The notes under the pieces are model-generated. The model saw only the letters and a program-made list of their open reading frames with translations. It had not been told where the DNA came from and made no database searches. A program made the translations under genes and the position numbers. From NCBI RefSeq assembly GCF_041146345.1, contig NW_027191406.1, positions 1,488,001-1,546,563 of the forward strand: a DNA stretch of 58,563 nucleotides, written 5' to 3'. The DNA comes from Neodothiora populina. Lineage: Eukaryota. The number at the start of each line of letters is the position of its first letter. Positions within the stretch are counted from its first letter, which is position 1. Shown here piece after piece: positions 1 to 11,847 of this stretch.

Positions 1-965
1 AGTGGCGGTCAGGAAACCAGTGGGGCCGGCGGCGGACACGGCGAGGAAGCCGGGAGTTCCGGCTGTGCTTGTGGCGGTGGGGTAGAGGGGCGCGGCGGAG
101 GAGACGGCTGTGTCGAGGGGTGCGGAGGGCGCGGTGCCCACGGGTGCGACGGCAGAGGAGGCCGCGGCGGCGGGGACGGTGGAGTTCGAGGCGGTGCCGT
201 TACCAGGCCAGACGGCGGGGCCAGGCATGGTGTAGTTGGTTGGAATAGGGTAGTAGATGTTGATTTCGATGCCGGGCTCGTGGCCGGTGTAGACGCCTGG
301 GATCTTGACTTCGTCCGAGGCCGGGGGTGCCGAGGTGCTGTCCGAGGTGATGTCGAGTTGGGCGCAGGAGATGTAGAATTGGGCTCCCTCGAAGGTCTGG
401 GCGCCGTGCAGGGCGATGGCTTCGACGCGCATGAGGTATTGGCCTGTAGGGATCTCCTTGGACAGGGGGAAGGTGAAGTTTTGGATCTCGTTGGTGGCCC
501 ATTGCAGACCGGACGAGTTGATAGTCTGGAGGCCTAGTTCGTAGATCTTGAACCCTGGAAAGACAAAGTCAGAATTGGAAAGACGGGTTTCGGAATCCAC
601 AGATACTTACAGTCACCAGATCCGTCATAGGTGGCGGCAGTATCGCCTGCGTTGACCTTGGAAAGGTAAACCTGGACAGGACCAGGGTGACCGATGCCAG
701 TGTCGAGACCGAATCCGACCTCAGAACCAGCGGCAACCTTGTAGGTTGAAGTCACGTTGCCGGTCAACAGGCCACCGGCGTTACATCTGAGATCGGTCGA
801 GGCAAGGTCGGTCACGGGAGAGTTGGAGTTGTTGTTCTTGCGAACATACTCGTACTCGCCGGTGTAGTTGCCGTTGACGATGAGCTTGTTGAAGCAGAAA
901 TGGGCCATGCTTGAGGGAATCATGCTGGCTGCTGCCAACATGAAAGCGGTAGACGAGGCACGCAT
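1..965 (-). CDS. AA9 (GH61) lytic polysaccharide monooxygenase, 3' end runs off the window; intron 555-610
   Basis: ATG at 965. Signal peptide MRASSTAFMLAAASMIPSSMA is followed directly by His1 (HFCFNKLIVNG). Motifs NSPVTDL..DLRCN, second His in GHPGPVQVYL, W-FKI joined across a GTAAGT..CAG intron, QYLMRVEAIALH and GAQFYISCAQ (axial Tyr), PGPAVW, then a Ser/Thr/Ala/Pro-rich tail. Confidence 0.95.
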
Positions 966-1768
966 CTTGACTCTTTTTTTTTTTTTTGGTACAGCTGATG
1001 TGAAAAAAGTCGATATTATTCTCTTGGGGAATAGTGACGGGAAGAAGGAATGGAAGAGCAACGAAAGATAGTGAATGGAACGTCGAACCAGCGACTATAG
1101 AAAAGAGTGAATGCACAACGAAGAGAGCGTTGAGAGAAGATGCTGTACAGAAAGAAAAAGAGACAAAAGGAGGACGACTACTTGACCTATATATCTTGTC
1201 TAAGAAAACCCTTCTGGTCATGGTGGTCAAACATGACAGGCTCCATTGTCTCACGAAGGTCTTCGGTTAGCAATAAGCGATGGCAGATGGTGGATCCGAG
1301 ATGTTTCGAGATCATTGGGAGGGCTCGTCGGGACCATGGCAATCATGAGCACGCTTGTCTACACCAGGGCATGATAGACGCCGATTGCAACAAGCGAAAG
1401 TGTCAAGCAATACTATGCCGTGTCAAGGGAATGCCATGACCGAAGGACAGAAAGAGGTCCACGGAAAAAAGGGAGGTCGGATTTGGATGCTGAAACGTCT
1501 TGGCAGCGCTTCGCGGGCCGTGCTGCAATCTACTTGTCACACCTTCACGGCTGCTGCTCTTTGGGACATTGTATGCTGGAGGATTGACAGACATGTCTCG
1601 GTATATGAAAGCAAATGAATATTGTTTGAAAACATAGCTGTAGCTGTCGCCGGATATAGGTATGGACATGCAAAGAAAGGATCGTCGTCAGTGCAAACAT
1701 GCAGGAGATGATACACTGCGGTATAGTGTACAGTCTATGGTTCGATGGCATCAATGAGGGCAGTCGAA

Positions 1769-3637
1769 TCAGATCAACCGATTCCTGACCCGGCGCATAG
1801 CAGCACCGCCAATGCCGTTCTCTGGATTGACAGGAGGGCCATTGCCGTTCGTTGTGCCTGCCTCGCTTCCGGCGAAACTCGTAGCCCTGCTCATTGGTTC
1901 TCCTCCCGCGAGAGCAGCAGCCAGATTGTCGTTGACTATAGGCAGAGAAGGGGCACCGACGGCGGCGGTGGAGCTTGGCACGCCGCCGTTGGGCATGTGG
2001 AAACGCATGCTGGCGGGATCCGCATAGCCATAGCCGGGCAGCCGCGGCACGCCGGCGAGAAAGTTGATGTGGGCAGGACCAGTCTCAACGACAGGTAGAC
2101 GAAACGGAGCATTGCCGGTGCGCGTGCTCACCGCTCGCTCGAGGTAGCGGTCGCGCAGGTTGCGGAGGTTCGACTCTGGATACTTGCGGTCCATGTCGAC
2201 ATGACCGTCGCCGTCGCGGCCGTTGGCGGGAGCAGAAGTGGGCGGAGGGTTGTCGTCCTCTCGGAACATCAGGGCAAAGTCAGACTCGGCGGCGACCTGG
2301 TCGACACCGGGCGGAGTGGGGGCGCCCTTGTCGGTGCGAGTGATGGGTACGAGGTGAGGAGTGAAGCTGTTGGTCGATGTCAGGGCGGCGGCCTCGGAGA
2401 GGGCGGCGAGAGGGTTTGCGCGAGTGGCATTGCGCGTGACATGGTAGGAAACGGTGCGCTCCATCTCGGGGGCCTGCAGCTGGGAGGGCGGAGGGGTGGC
2501 AGCCGCAGCCGAAGCCGAGGGTAAAGTGGTGGCAGCAGCTGCGGCATCACCCAGGTCGGCCAGAGTCTGGGCGGCGTCGGCAGAGGCATCGAGAGAAGCA
2601 ACAGATGCCGAGGTGTGTCCGTTGGTCTGATGATTGTCCGGGTCGGCGTTTGTCAAGCCGCTGTTATTGCTGGCCTGGTGGAAGAACTGGTGGGTGGCAA
2701 GCTGGGCGATGGTCGAGGCGTGGGCGAGCTCCTTGTCGGTGAAGAGACGATCGATGGAAAAGACGGGAGCTTCGAACTGGGCATAGAGAGTCTTGTCCCT
2801 GGCGTCTCGGAAGGGAGAAGCGGCGCCGTTGGTGCTGTCGTTGCCATTCGTCAATTGAAGGAGCGACGGCACGGGCGAGTCGTTGCCGTCGTCGTCGATG
2901 GCGGGCTTGCGCTTCCTGCCTCCTCTTTCCAGCAGCGCCTCGTCCTGGTCGGTGACTCTGTGGCGCATGTGTCTGGTCTTGCGAGGGTTCACGTTCACGG
3001 CGCCGCCCGGACTGCCGGGGATGTTCATGGCAAACTGGTTGGGATGCAGGAACAAGGCGCTGCTGTCGGCAATGTCCAGCTGCTCTTTCTCGCGCAGCAG
3101 CTTGTCGCGCTTCTTGGTGACGCTGGTGACGAGTCTGCTGCGCACCGTCGAGGCCAGCTCGATGTGTTCTCTCTGCGCCACGTGGATCTTGTAGCTCGTG
3201 CTGCGTTCGAGTTCGGCGAGGGCGGCGTCGTGGCGGTTCTTGAGCGCGGTCAGGTCTGCGTCTCGCTGCTCCATGGCGCGGTTGATGTCCTGCACGTAGT
3301 CGTGATATCTCTTGCCCGCCAGCGCCGCGTAGTCTCTCTTGGCCGCTTCGTCGGTCAGATGAGGCAGATTGCCGCCCGTGATCTTTTCCATCTCCGCCTC
3401 CATCTCTTCGGCGTCGTCGTCGAGCGGCACGTTGTTGTAGGGGTTCGCGCGCAGGATCAGCGTCATGTCGACCTGGATCGCCTGCAGCTGGGCACGGTAG
3501 TGCTGATGCTGCTCCGAGGAGAAGGTGTCGATCATCTCCGACAGTCGGTCGGTGATGTTGTTGCGTCGCTTGTCTCGTTTGGACAGAGGCGCCGGCGGCA
3601 GAGGAGACGTCGACAGCCCTCTGGAGTCCGTGGCCAT
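1769..3637 (-). CDS. SDS3: Sds3-like subunit of the Sin3/Rpd3L histone deacetylase complex
   Basis: Uninterrupted 622-aa ORF. N-terminal SKRDKRR..L.DRL..M...F....QHYRAQLQAIQVDMTLILRANPY coiled-coil, KLLREKEQLDIADS.ALFLHP and FSIDRLFTDKEL match the fungal Sds3-like family as I recall it. Confidence 0.85.
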   Translation of the reverse strand: MATDSRGLSTSPLPPAPLSKRDKRRNNITDRLSEMIDTFSSEQHQHYRAQLQAIQVDMTLILRANPYNNVPLDDDAEEMEAEMEKITGGNLPHLTDEAAKRDYAALAGKRYHDYVQDINRAMEQRDADLTALKNRHDAALAELERSTSYKIHVAQREHIELASTVRSRLVTSVTKKRDKLLREKEQLDIADSSALFLHPNQFAMNIPGSPGGAVNVNPRKTRHMRHRVTDQDEALLERGGRKRKPAIDDDGNDSPVPSLLQLTNGNDSTNGAASPFRDARDKTLYAQFEAPVFSIDRLFTDKELAHASTIAQLATHQFFHQASNNSGLTNADPDNHQTNGHTSASVASLDASADAAQTLADLGDAAAAATTLPSASAAAATPPPSQLQAPEMERTVSYHVTRNATRANPLAALSEAAALTSTNSFTPHLVPITRTDKGAPTPPGVDQVAAESDFALMFREDDNPPPTSAPANGRDGDGHVDMDRKYPESNLRNLRDRYLERAVSTRTGNAPFRLPVVETGPAHINFLAGVPRLPGYGYADPASMRFHMPNGGVPSSTAAVGAPSLPIVNDNLAAALAGGEPMSRATSFAGSEAGTTNGNGPPVNPENGIGGAAMRRVRNRLI

Positions 3638-3733
3638 TGGGGACCCCCCGCACCTGTGCGCACAGGCATTCTCTTTGTGGTTTTCCTACTGATGGCTGAT
3701 CTCTTGCTTTTTATTGCGGACGGCGGGACAGAT

Positions 3734-3760
3734 GGTGGTGGTGGTGGTGGTGGTGGTGGT
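3734..3760 (+). repeat. (GGT)9 microsatellite upstream of the Sds3-like start (likely 5' UTR)
   Basis: Read directly: ggtggtggt... nine units. Confidence 0.9.
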
Positions 3761-4117
3761 GTTGTTGGTGTGAAGCGAATGCGCCAAGAAGTTGCGCCGG
3801 CAGCGAGAAAGAGGAAATCCTGACTGAGTCGATGCAAAGAGCTCGCAACCGCTCTGCTATTCAGGACAACAAGGCAGGCAGGCAGGGAAGATAGAGATGG
3901 TAAAGATGATAGACCCCAAGGTAGCTGAGGTATTGTATAGAGGTAAAGCCAGAACCATTTGTTTCTCAAAAGAGAAAGAAGCACGAGCCACTGCGGCCCC
4001 CATCTACCAATTGGGTTTAGCCTCATCCGCTTCCCGCTGTCGATGCCCCGAGCTCCGATGGATCAAAGATAATCCGTTCGGCCTTCTATTGTACCTTTGT
4101 ACAAAGCCTTATCACAT

Positions 4118-4154
4118 CTTACCTTACCTTACCTTACCTACCTAGGTACCTACC
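4118..4154 (+). repeat. (CTTAC/TACC)n tandem repeat with an embedded TAGGTACCTA palindrome in the divergent intergenic region
   Basis: Read directly: cttaccttaccttaccttacctacctaggtacctacc. Confidence 0.8.
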
Positions 4155-4798
4155 CTTGCCACTGACGGACTTGTGCCGCGCCGACAAGGTAGAGAAGTCA
4201 ATCGTCCTTGACTTCTGTGGCTTGCTGTTTGTTACCTCCTAGTGAATGCAGAATGTCATGTCGATTGATCGCCTCCAGTCAGGGATCTATACTCAAGTGC
4301 TACCTTGCTCAACGGGAAAACCAAAACACAAGAGCTGATCCACTCGAACCTTGAGAGTCGCTTCCATGCAATCTTGATGAGTAAACACCGTACCTTCGGT
4401 GACATTATCCACCTTCCACGGCTATTTCCTATGAAGATCCATACACGCAGGTCTTCTCGTCATCACCTCTTGATTCCATTTCTTCCAGCTCTCCGTTTGA
4501 TTCATCTCTGACCTGCATCTGAACATGCGGGGTATGCAGGAACCCATCCACAATTCTCCCGTGACCACCACCTCACCAAGCCTAATCTTCCATCTCTCTT
4601 TCCATTCACGATCTAGTATGCGTCTCCACCCTCGTATACTCTGGATCTTATTATCCATGCAGCCGAAGGCCATGGCTATCTTGTCGCGGGGTCCCATTTG
4701 TCTATCTCCCTTAATATGATCTTCATCTGCCCTTCACGGCATCCCGCTCTGCTGCATCACTGCATCATCTATACCCTCTGCACCCTTCAAGTGTCATC

Positions 4799-7264
4799 AT
4801 GGTGCGTCTTGATATTGTCTTTGTCTTGACATCTGCTCTGCACTGTCTTGTGCGAGGACAAAGCTACGGCAATTCAACTTCACCATCAGACTCGTCTCTT
4901 ACCGCTGCCCTGTACAAAGATGCTTCTCAACCTGTCGAGGCTCGTGTCCAGGATCTCCTGTCGCGCATGACACTCGAAGAGAAAGTGGCCCAGTTGATGC
5001 AAGGTAGCTTGTCCATTTTGCTGTCGAAAACACACGTCAAATTGACACGGAATAGGTGACCTGGGAAACTGGCTCAACACCACAACAGGTGCCTTCAATC
5101 GCACAGGCCTCGTGGACAACATGCAGACAAAAGCTGGCATGTTCTACGTCGGCTACCCCATCAGCTGGGATTGGCTGGCCGTCAATATCAAGAGAGCCCA
5201 GGACTACTTGTTGAATAATACTCGTCTCGGCATTCCTGCCATTGTTCAGACCGAAGGTATACATGGTTTCCTCATTGGAAATGCCACCATCTTCAACTCG
5301 CCCATTGGTCAGGCTTGTTCGTGGAATCCAGATCTTGTTCGTCAGATGGCAGGCCAAATTGGTATAGAATCTGCAGCACTTGGTGTGAACCAGGTCTTTG
5401 CTCCCCTGGCTGACTTGGCTCGTGAGCTGAGATATGGTAGAGTCGAAGAGACCTACGGCGAAGATTCCTATCTGGCGGGTGAGATGGCTTACAATTTTGT
5501 CGTCGGAGTCCAGGCGATGAACGTGTCATCCACTGTAAAGCACTTCATAGGCTACTCTGACCCAGAGCAAGGTTTGAACACCGGCCCGGTCCATGGTGGC
5601 GAGCGCGAGATGCGTACAACGTGGATGCCATCCTTCAAAAGGGCCATCATCGATGCCGATGCTTGGAGCATCATGTCTGCCTATCACTCTTACGACGGCA
5701 TCCCAGCCATCGCGGACCACCATACCCAGACCGAAGTCCTCCGTGGTGAATGGGGCTACGACTATTATGTGACCAGCGACGCAGGCGCGACTGATAGACT
5801 CTTCAAGAACTTCTTCGTGTGTGCGGTGGATGACTATGAGTGCGTTACAATCAACACACTGCCAGCCGGGACTGATATCGAGGTCTGCGACAATCTCGCT
5901 CATGGAGAGAGACAAATGCTGACTTACCGTAGATGGGTGGCGGCTCGTTCAACTTCCGTAGTATCCCTTGGTTGATCGGTAATGGCACCATGGACATCGG
6001 GATTGTCGACACCGCAGTTTCGCGTGTCTTGCGCGCAAAATTCACAATGGGCCTGTTCGAGAACCCCTATCCAGCAGCTCCTATGAATCAATGGCATAGC
6101 CTTATTAACACACCTGAAGCCAAGAAATTGGCCAGAGATCTTGACAAGGAATCAATAGTCCTGCTCCAGAACCCAAGCAAGACGTTGCCGATCAAGAAGA
6201 CTAGCAAGATTGCAGTCATTGGACCCATGGCGTCTGGCTTTATGAATTACGGCGACTATGTCGTCTACGAGTCTCAATACCGGGGAGTACAGTATCTTGA
6301 AGGAATTCGGAATGCGGTCGGCAATGCAAGCAATGCAACAGTGACGTATGCTCAAGGATGTGAGCGATGGTCCAATGACCAGTCAGGCTTCCCTGAGGCC
6401 ATAGCTACCGCCAAAGCTGCTGACGTCGCAGTTGTCGTTGTGGGCACCTGGTCGAGGGATCAAATGGAGCTTTGGGCTGGCTTGAATGCGACTACCGGAG
6501 AACACGTCGATGTCTCCAATCTCAACCTGGTGGGCGCGCAATCCGACTTGGCCAAAGCAATCGTAGACACCGGGGTCCCAACAGTCATCGTGTTTAGTTC
6601 AGGCAAGCCAGTGACCGAGGACTGGATTTCGAACACCACCGCTTCTCTCGTCCAGCAATTCTATCCCTCAGAAGAAGGAGGCAATGCCCTCGCAGATGTT
6701 CTGTTTGGTGACTACAATCCGAGTGGAAGACTGAGCGTTAGTTTCCCTCACGATGTCGGCACTCTGCCCATCTACTACGACTACCTGAATTCGGGCCGCG
6801 CTACGTCTCCAGGATTCACGGGCGCAGACAACCAGCTCTACTTTGGCCATCAATATGTTCTCAACACGCCGGAGCCATGGTTCGAATTCGGATTCGGGTT
6901 GAGTTATACCACATTCGACTATTCCAATGTCACACTCTCGGCATCGAAAGCTTCAGTGGGAGATCCGGTGACAGCCACTATCTCTGTAACCAACAACGGA
7001 ACAATCGACGGCACCGAGGTCGTGCAGATGTACGTGAAGGACATGTTGAGCACTGTAGTAGTGCCCAATATTCAGCTCAAAGGTTTTAAAAAGGTTTCTA
7101 TTCCGGCAGGACAGACTGTAGACGTCAGCATGCCACTTGCGGTCGCTGACTTGGGCGTGTGGAACAAGAGCATGCAGTACGAGATTGAGCCTGGCAACTT
7201 TACCGTGTACATCGGCGCAAGTTCTCTGGACCTCAGGGGTAACGCTGCCCTGACTGTTGTGTAG
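4799..7264 (+). CDS. Secreted GH3 beta-glucosidase/beta-xylosidase; introns 5004-5055 and 5883-5932
   Basis: Signal peptide. RVQDLLSRMTLEEKVAQL, TEGIHG, RELRYGRVEETYGED, TVKHF, nucleophile context YVTSDAG, DVLFGDYNPSGRL and a C-terminal Fn3-like EVVQMYV..QLKGFKKV. Removing the two introns joins the three ORFs in frame. Confidence 0.95.
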
Positions 7265-8718
7265 ACTTGGCATCAGGGTGTTCGTATACCTTAAGGTTTG
7301 CAAGTCAGCGTTCTGCAGGGCAATCTAGTCAATCAAGATCGGTCTCGTAAAATGCTGATCGCCTCTGCGATCAAGATCTTATGGACAACTGACATCCTCA
7401 CTGGGATGTTGTACCCTTTCCGTTTTCCTGAATGCCACAATTTGCCTATTAGTGAAATCATGAACTGCATACTGTTCGAAGTAGCATCTCTGTCATCACT
7501 CGCTACAAGCTTCACACAGATCAGCGCACAAGCGACAAGCAACATAGTTGGAGACGAATGGGCGGGAACATTATTCAATCATTGCGAAGCAATCAAAACC
7601 CTACACCTGCCATCCGATCCGCAGACATGCAGCAGGGATCCTGTCGATGATAATAAATGCCCGGTGACCTGCGTACAAGGGCATTGATTATCACAAGTCC
7701 TGAAACTGTACGACATCGATCCGGGGAAACCCTCGGAACAAAAGGTCGAGATTCGGAAGACGGTGCTCCGTATACCAAACGTCCTGCCCTGCCCCGCACT
7801 CAGGTGGGGTTCGGAAAGAGTCTTCTTCGGTGTTTCCTCGACGCTGCCACCGAATGGCCGAGTTGATGATCCATTTTCTTTCTTATACTGGGCATATGCT
7901 GGCGACTATGTCGTATTCGCTTTGTCCAATCACTCGCTGGGATCAGTCGGAGCTCCAAGGATCCGAAGACTGAGCTGAGAGAGGCCAAAATATACAAGCA
8001 ACATCGAACTTGGCCAAAGCTAGCTGGTGACGTAATTCGCCTTGATACTCCGACAAACCTCGATTGGAAGTTCCTATTCGTGTGCCTGTCTGTCTGTGAG
8101 GAGCGGGCCATACCTTACTTTGCGCCTCTTGATAGGGCAAAGTGCATGCAAGGTGCCCATACCGCAAGCGTCCGTTGCTCTAGGTTCGCGAGCAAGAAAG
8201 ACTCAATTTCACGTTACAATCCCACCTCACGTTACGAGCTACTTTGCCCTGACGTAGAAGCTGCTGTGTGGTGTGCAGGACAGCAAGCGCTCGACACATC
8301 CACTCCAATATCGGGCCATGTAGGATACCGAACCACCTACCTTACCCACCACATCGGAAGTCGCATGGACTTGGATGTGAAACAGACATAACCCAGTTCC
8401 GGCACGGACCGAGAGTAGGTAACCGCCAGAGCAGTCGTGTAGCATGAGTAAGGTAAGTTGGATAAAGCTGTGTTGTAGCGAAATTTATTAGATAAGGTAG
8501 TGTATAAGGCGTGATCACATCGCACTTGTTCCCACATCTTGCCCTTTTCATACTCTACATCTCCGCGACCATATCCTACTACTCGTTTCATACATTGGTT
8601 GAAATTGACTACAAGAAGCTAAACTTTCTTTCTTCGCTTCTAACATCTAGCGAGTCCTCACTTGCTTGTTTCTTTCTTGTGAAGTACTCGGTCGGTGGAA
8701 GCGCAACAGCTAGAAAAC

Positions 8719-11288
8719 ATGGCAGACATCAACGTCGAAGATGTTCTTTCCAAGCTCTCGGATCACGAAAAGCTGTCACTGCTCGCAGGTATATCTCAAA
8801 CATTGAACACGAAAGAAAACGACGGGTTGACCATCCTCATCCAGGCATCGACTTTTGGCACACCAAGTCTCTACCTGAGCATGGTGTCCCCTCTTTACGA
8901 CTTTCCGACGGTCCCAACGGAGTGCGAGGCATCAAGTTCTTCAACGGAGTCCCTGCTGCCTGCTTCCCTTGCGGCACAGCATTAGGCGCAACATTCGACA
9001 AATCCCTGCTTCAGGACGCAGGTCGTCTTATGGGAGACGAAGCCAAAGCCAAAGGCGCCCACGTCATTCTTGGACCGACAATCAATATGCAGCGATCACC
9101 GCTGGGCGGCCGAGGATTCGAGAGTATAGGCGAAGACCCCGTGCTCGCAGGACTGGGTGCGGCGGCTTTGATCAACGGCATTCAAGAGAACGGGGTTGCG
9201 GCTTGCCTAAAGCACTTTGTGTGCAACGACCAGGAGCACCAGAGGAATCTCGTAGACTCGATCATCACGCAGAGAGCATTGAGAGAAATCTACTTGCTAC
9301 CCTTCCAGCTCGCCGTCAGAGACGCCTTCCCGAAGAGTTTTATGACGGCGTACAACAAGGTCAATGGCACGCATGTCAGTGAGAACCCCAAGATACTGGA
9401 GGATATTCTGCGGAAAGAATGGGCGTGGCACGGACTGGTCATGAGTGATTGGTATGGAACGTATTCTGTCACCGAATCTATAAACGCTGGGCTAGACCTC
9501 GAGATGCCAGGCCCTCCGCGCTTCAGAGGCGACGCTGCCGCACATGCTTCTGCTTGCAACAAATTCAACGCCACAGCGCTAGACGATCGTGCACGAAATA
9601 TCCTGCAGCTGGTCAAGGATTGTGCCGCTTCTGGCATTCCCGAGAATGCCGAAATGGGCAATGTCGATACTCCAGAGACTTCGGCATTGCTCAGACGACT
9701 GGCCTCCGAATCCATTGTGTTGCTGAAGAACGAACAGAGCATCCTGCCACTAGACAAAACCAAGAAGGTGCTGGTAATCGGACCCAATGCGAATGTGGCC
9801 ACGTACTGTGGTGGCGGATCAGCCTCGCTTCGCCCTTACTATGCAGTCACGCCTCTCGATGCCATCAAGGAGAAGGTCTCACCGGAACACGTTATATTCA
9901 CCATTGGCGCCCATTCGCACAAAGAACTGCCCAACCTTGCGACCGAATTGTCGTTGGACTCATCAGGTGAAGGCAAAAAGGGCGTCGTCTTCCGTGCATA
10001 CAATGAGGCGCCAAACGTCAAGGACCGCGAGAGCGTAGACAGACTAGAGCTGGAATCGACGAGTATGATGTTCATGGACTACAAAAACCCCAAAATCAAG
10101 TCGCTGTTATGGTACGCTGATGTCGACGGATACCTTCTTGCAGACCACGATGGCGAATACGAGTTCGGAATTTCTGTCTATGGCTCAGCTCAGCTATTCG
10201 TAGATGGCAAGCTCACCGTCGACGTCACCGACAAGCAGGAGCAAGGATCTGCATTCTTTGGCCTCGGCACGGTCGAAGTCCGAAACTCCATCACCGTCAA
10301 AAAGGGCCAAGTCTACCACGTCAAGTGCCAGATCGGCAGCGCGCCCACATCAAAGTTGCAAGGTGGCAGCGTCGCCTTCGGAGGTGGAGCGGTGCGTATC
10401 GGCGGCTCCTACATCATCGACGCCGAGGAAGAAATCCGCAAGGCCGCCGACCTAGCCAAGGACTTTGACCAGGTGGTTGTGTGCGCAGGTCTGAACATGG
10501 ACTGGGAATCCGAAGGGTTCGACCGTCCGGACATGAAACTCCCCGGCCACCTCGACACGCTCATCAGCAGCGTGGCGGCCGCAAACCCCAAGACCGTCGT
10601 CGTCATGCAAAGCGGCACACCCGTCGAAATGCCCTGGCTGGAGCAGGTTCCTGCTCTGCTGCAAGCATGGTACGGCGGCAACGAAACGGGCAACGGAATC
10701 GCCGATGTGCTCTTCGGAGACGTCAACCCTTCGGGCCACCTGAGTCTGTCATTCCCGGTCCACAACGAAGACAACCCTGCCTTCCTCAACTACCGCAGCG
10801 AGGCCGGTCGCGTCTTGTACGGCGAAGACGTCTACATCGGATACAGATACTACGAGAAATTGAACCGACGCGTGAGTTTCCCCTTCGGCCACGGCCTGAG
10901 CTATACGTCTTTTCGCTTCTCCGATCTCTCCGTGACGAACAACGGCACGGACCTCGCCATAGAAGTGACGATCAAAAACACCGGCGTAAGAGCAGGCGCC
11001 CAAGTCGCTCAGGTCTACATCTCCCAGGACGCACCGGCCATCGCGCGCCCGAAGAAGGAATTGAAGGGCTTTAGCAAAGTCCTTTTGCAGCCTGGTCAGA
11101 GCGACAAGATCACTGTCGAGATCCCGCTCAAGTACGCGTGCAGTTATTTCGACGAGCACAGAGGTCAGTGGATTCTTGAAAAGGGCGCATATAAGGTCTT
11201 GGTCGCGGATAGTTCGGAGGTTGGGAAAGAGGGGGCTTTGGAGGGAGGGTTTGAGGTTGAGAGGACGAGTTGGTGGAGTGGTGTTTGA
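8719..11288 (+). CDS. Intracellular GH3 beta-glucosidase with PA14 insertion; intron 8789-8844
   Basis: ATG at 8719 (MADINVEDVLSKLSDHEKLSLLAG|IDFWHT). SDGPNGVRG, QRSPLGGRGFESIGEDP, CLKHFVCND, nucleophile VMSDWYG, a central PA14-like segment, WESEGFDR and Fn3-like KELKGFSKV. No signal peptide. Confidence 0.95.
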
Positions 11289-11847
11289 GTCCTTTTCTTC
11301 TAGCGTTTCCCTTGCCTCTCCTTCTCTTGCTTCTTGACGAACATGAAGAGAGAGAAGGGAGGGGAACAAGTGGTTCAAAAAAGTCTCACGAATATCTCGT
11401 CCTCCAATGTTTCTTGTTTCAGATAGCAGTCATATACCCTTCTAGCATTACTGAAATGGAGAACGAGGGAAAACTCGACTCTTTTGCTTTTCCCCATTTC
11501 TCTGGACTTTTGGATCAAATCATGGAAACCTGGCCGTAGTTGTACTGGCTCGCGTGGAACTCTTGATGGCTTCCCTCGAGCCACACTCGCGTCGCTTTTT
11601 CATTAGACCTCTGGATGATATGCCACCTGCACGCCGATTTGTGACGTCTTTTGCACTCTGTTTCAGCACACATCTACTCGGGCAAGTGACGCGACTGTTG
11701 CAGGCTACACGAGTCGACCACTACATATAGTTTGTCGACACCACGCTATCTTACCTCTCCAATGTTTCGAAAAACAACAATCCAGCCTTAGAAGAGTATT
11801 CAAACAGAGAAAAGAGTCACCGAAAACGTGCGTGCCTCTCACTCTCT

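Noticed and set aside
2615..3823. 402-aa plus-strand ORF and 329-aa alternate-frame ORF overlapping the Sds3-like gene
   Set aside because: Expected shadow ORFs of a GC-rich, codon-biased gene; no recognisable motifs.
8511..8718. Hydrophobic N-terminal extension of the 925-aa GH3 ORF that looks like a signal peptide
   Set aside because: Starts at GTG and reads through the intron frame. The ATG at 8719 plus intron 8789-8844 gives the typical cytosolic GH3 N-terminus.
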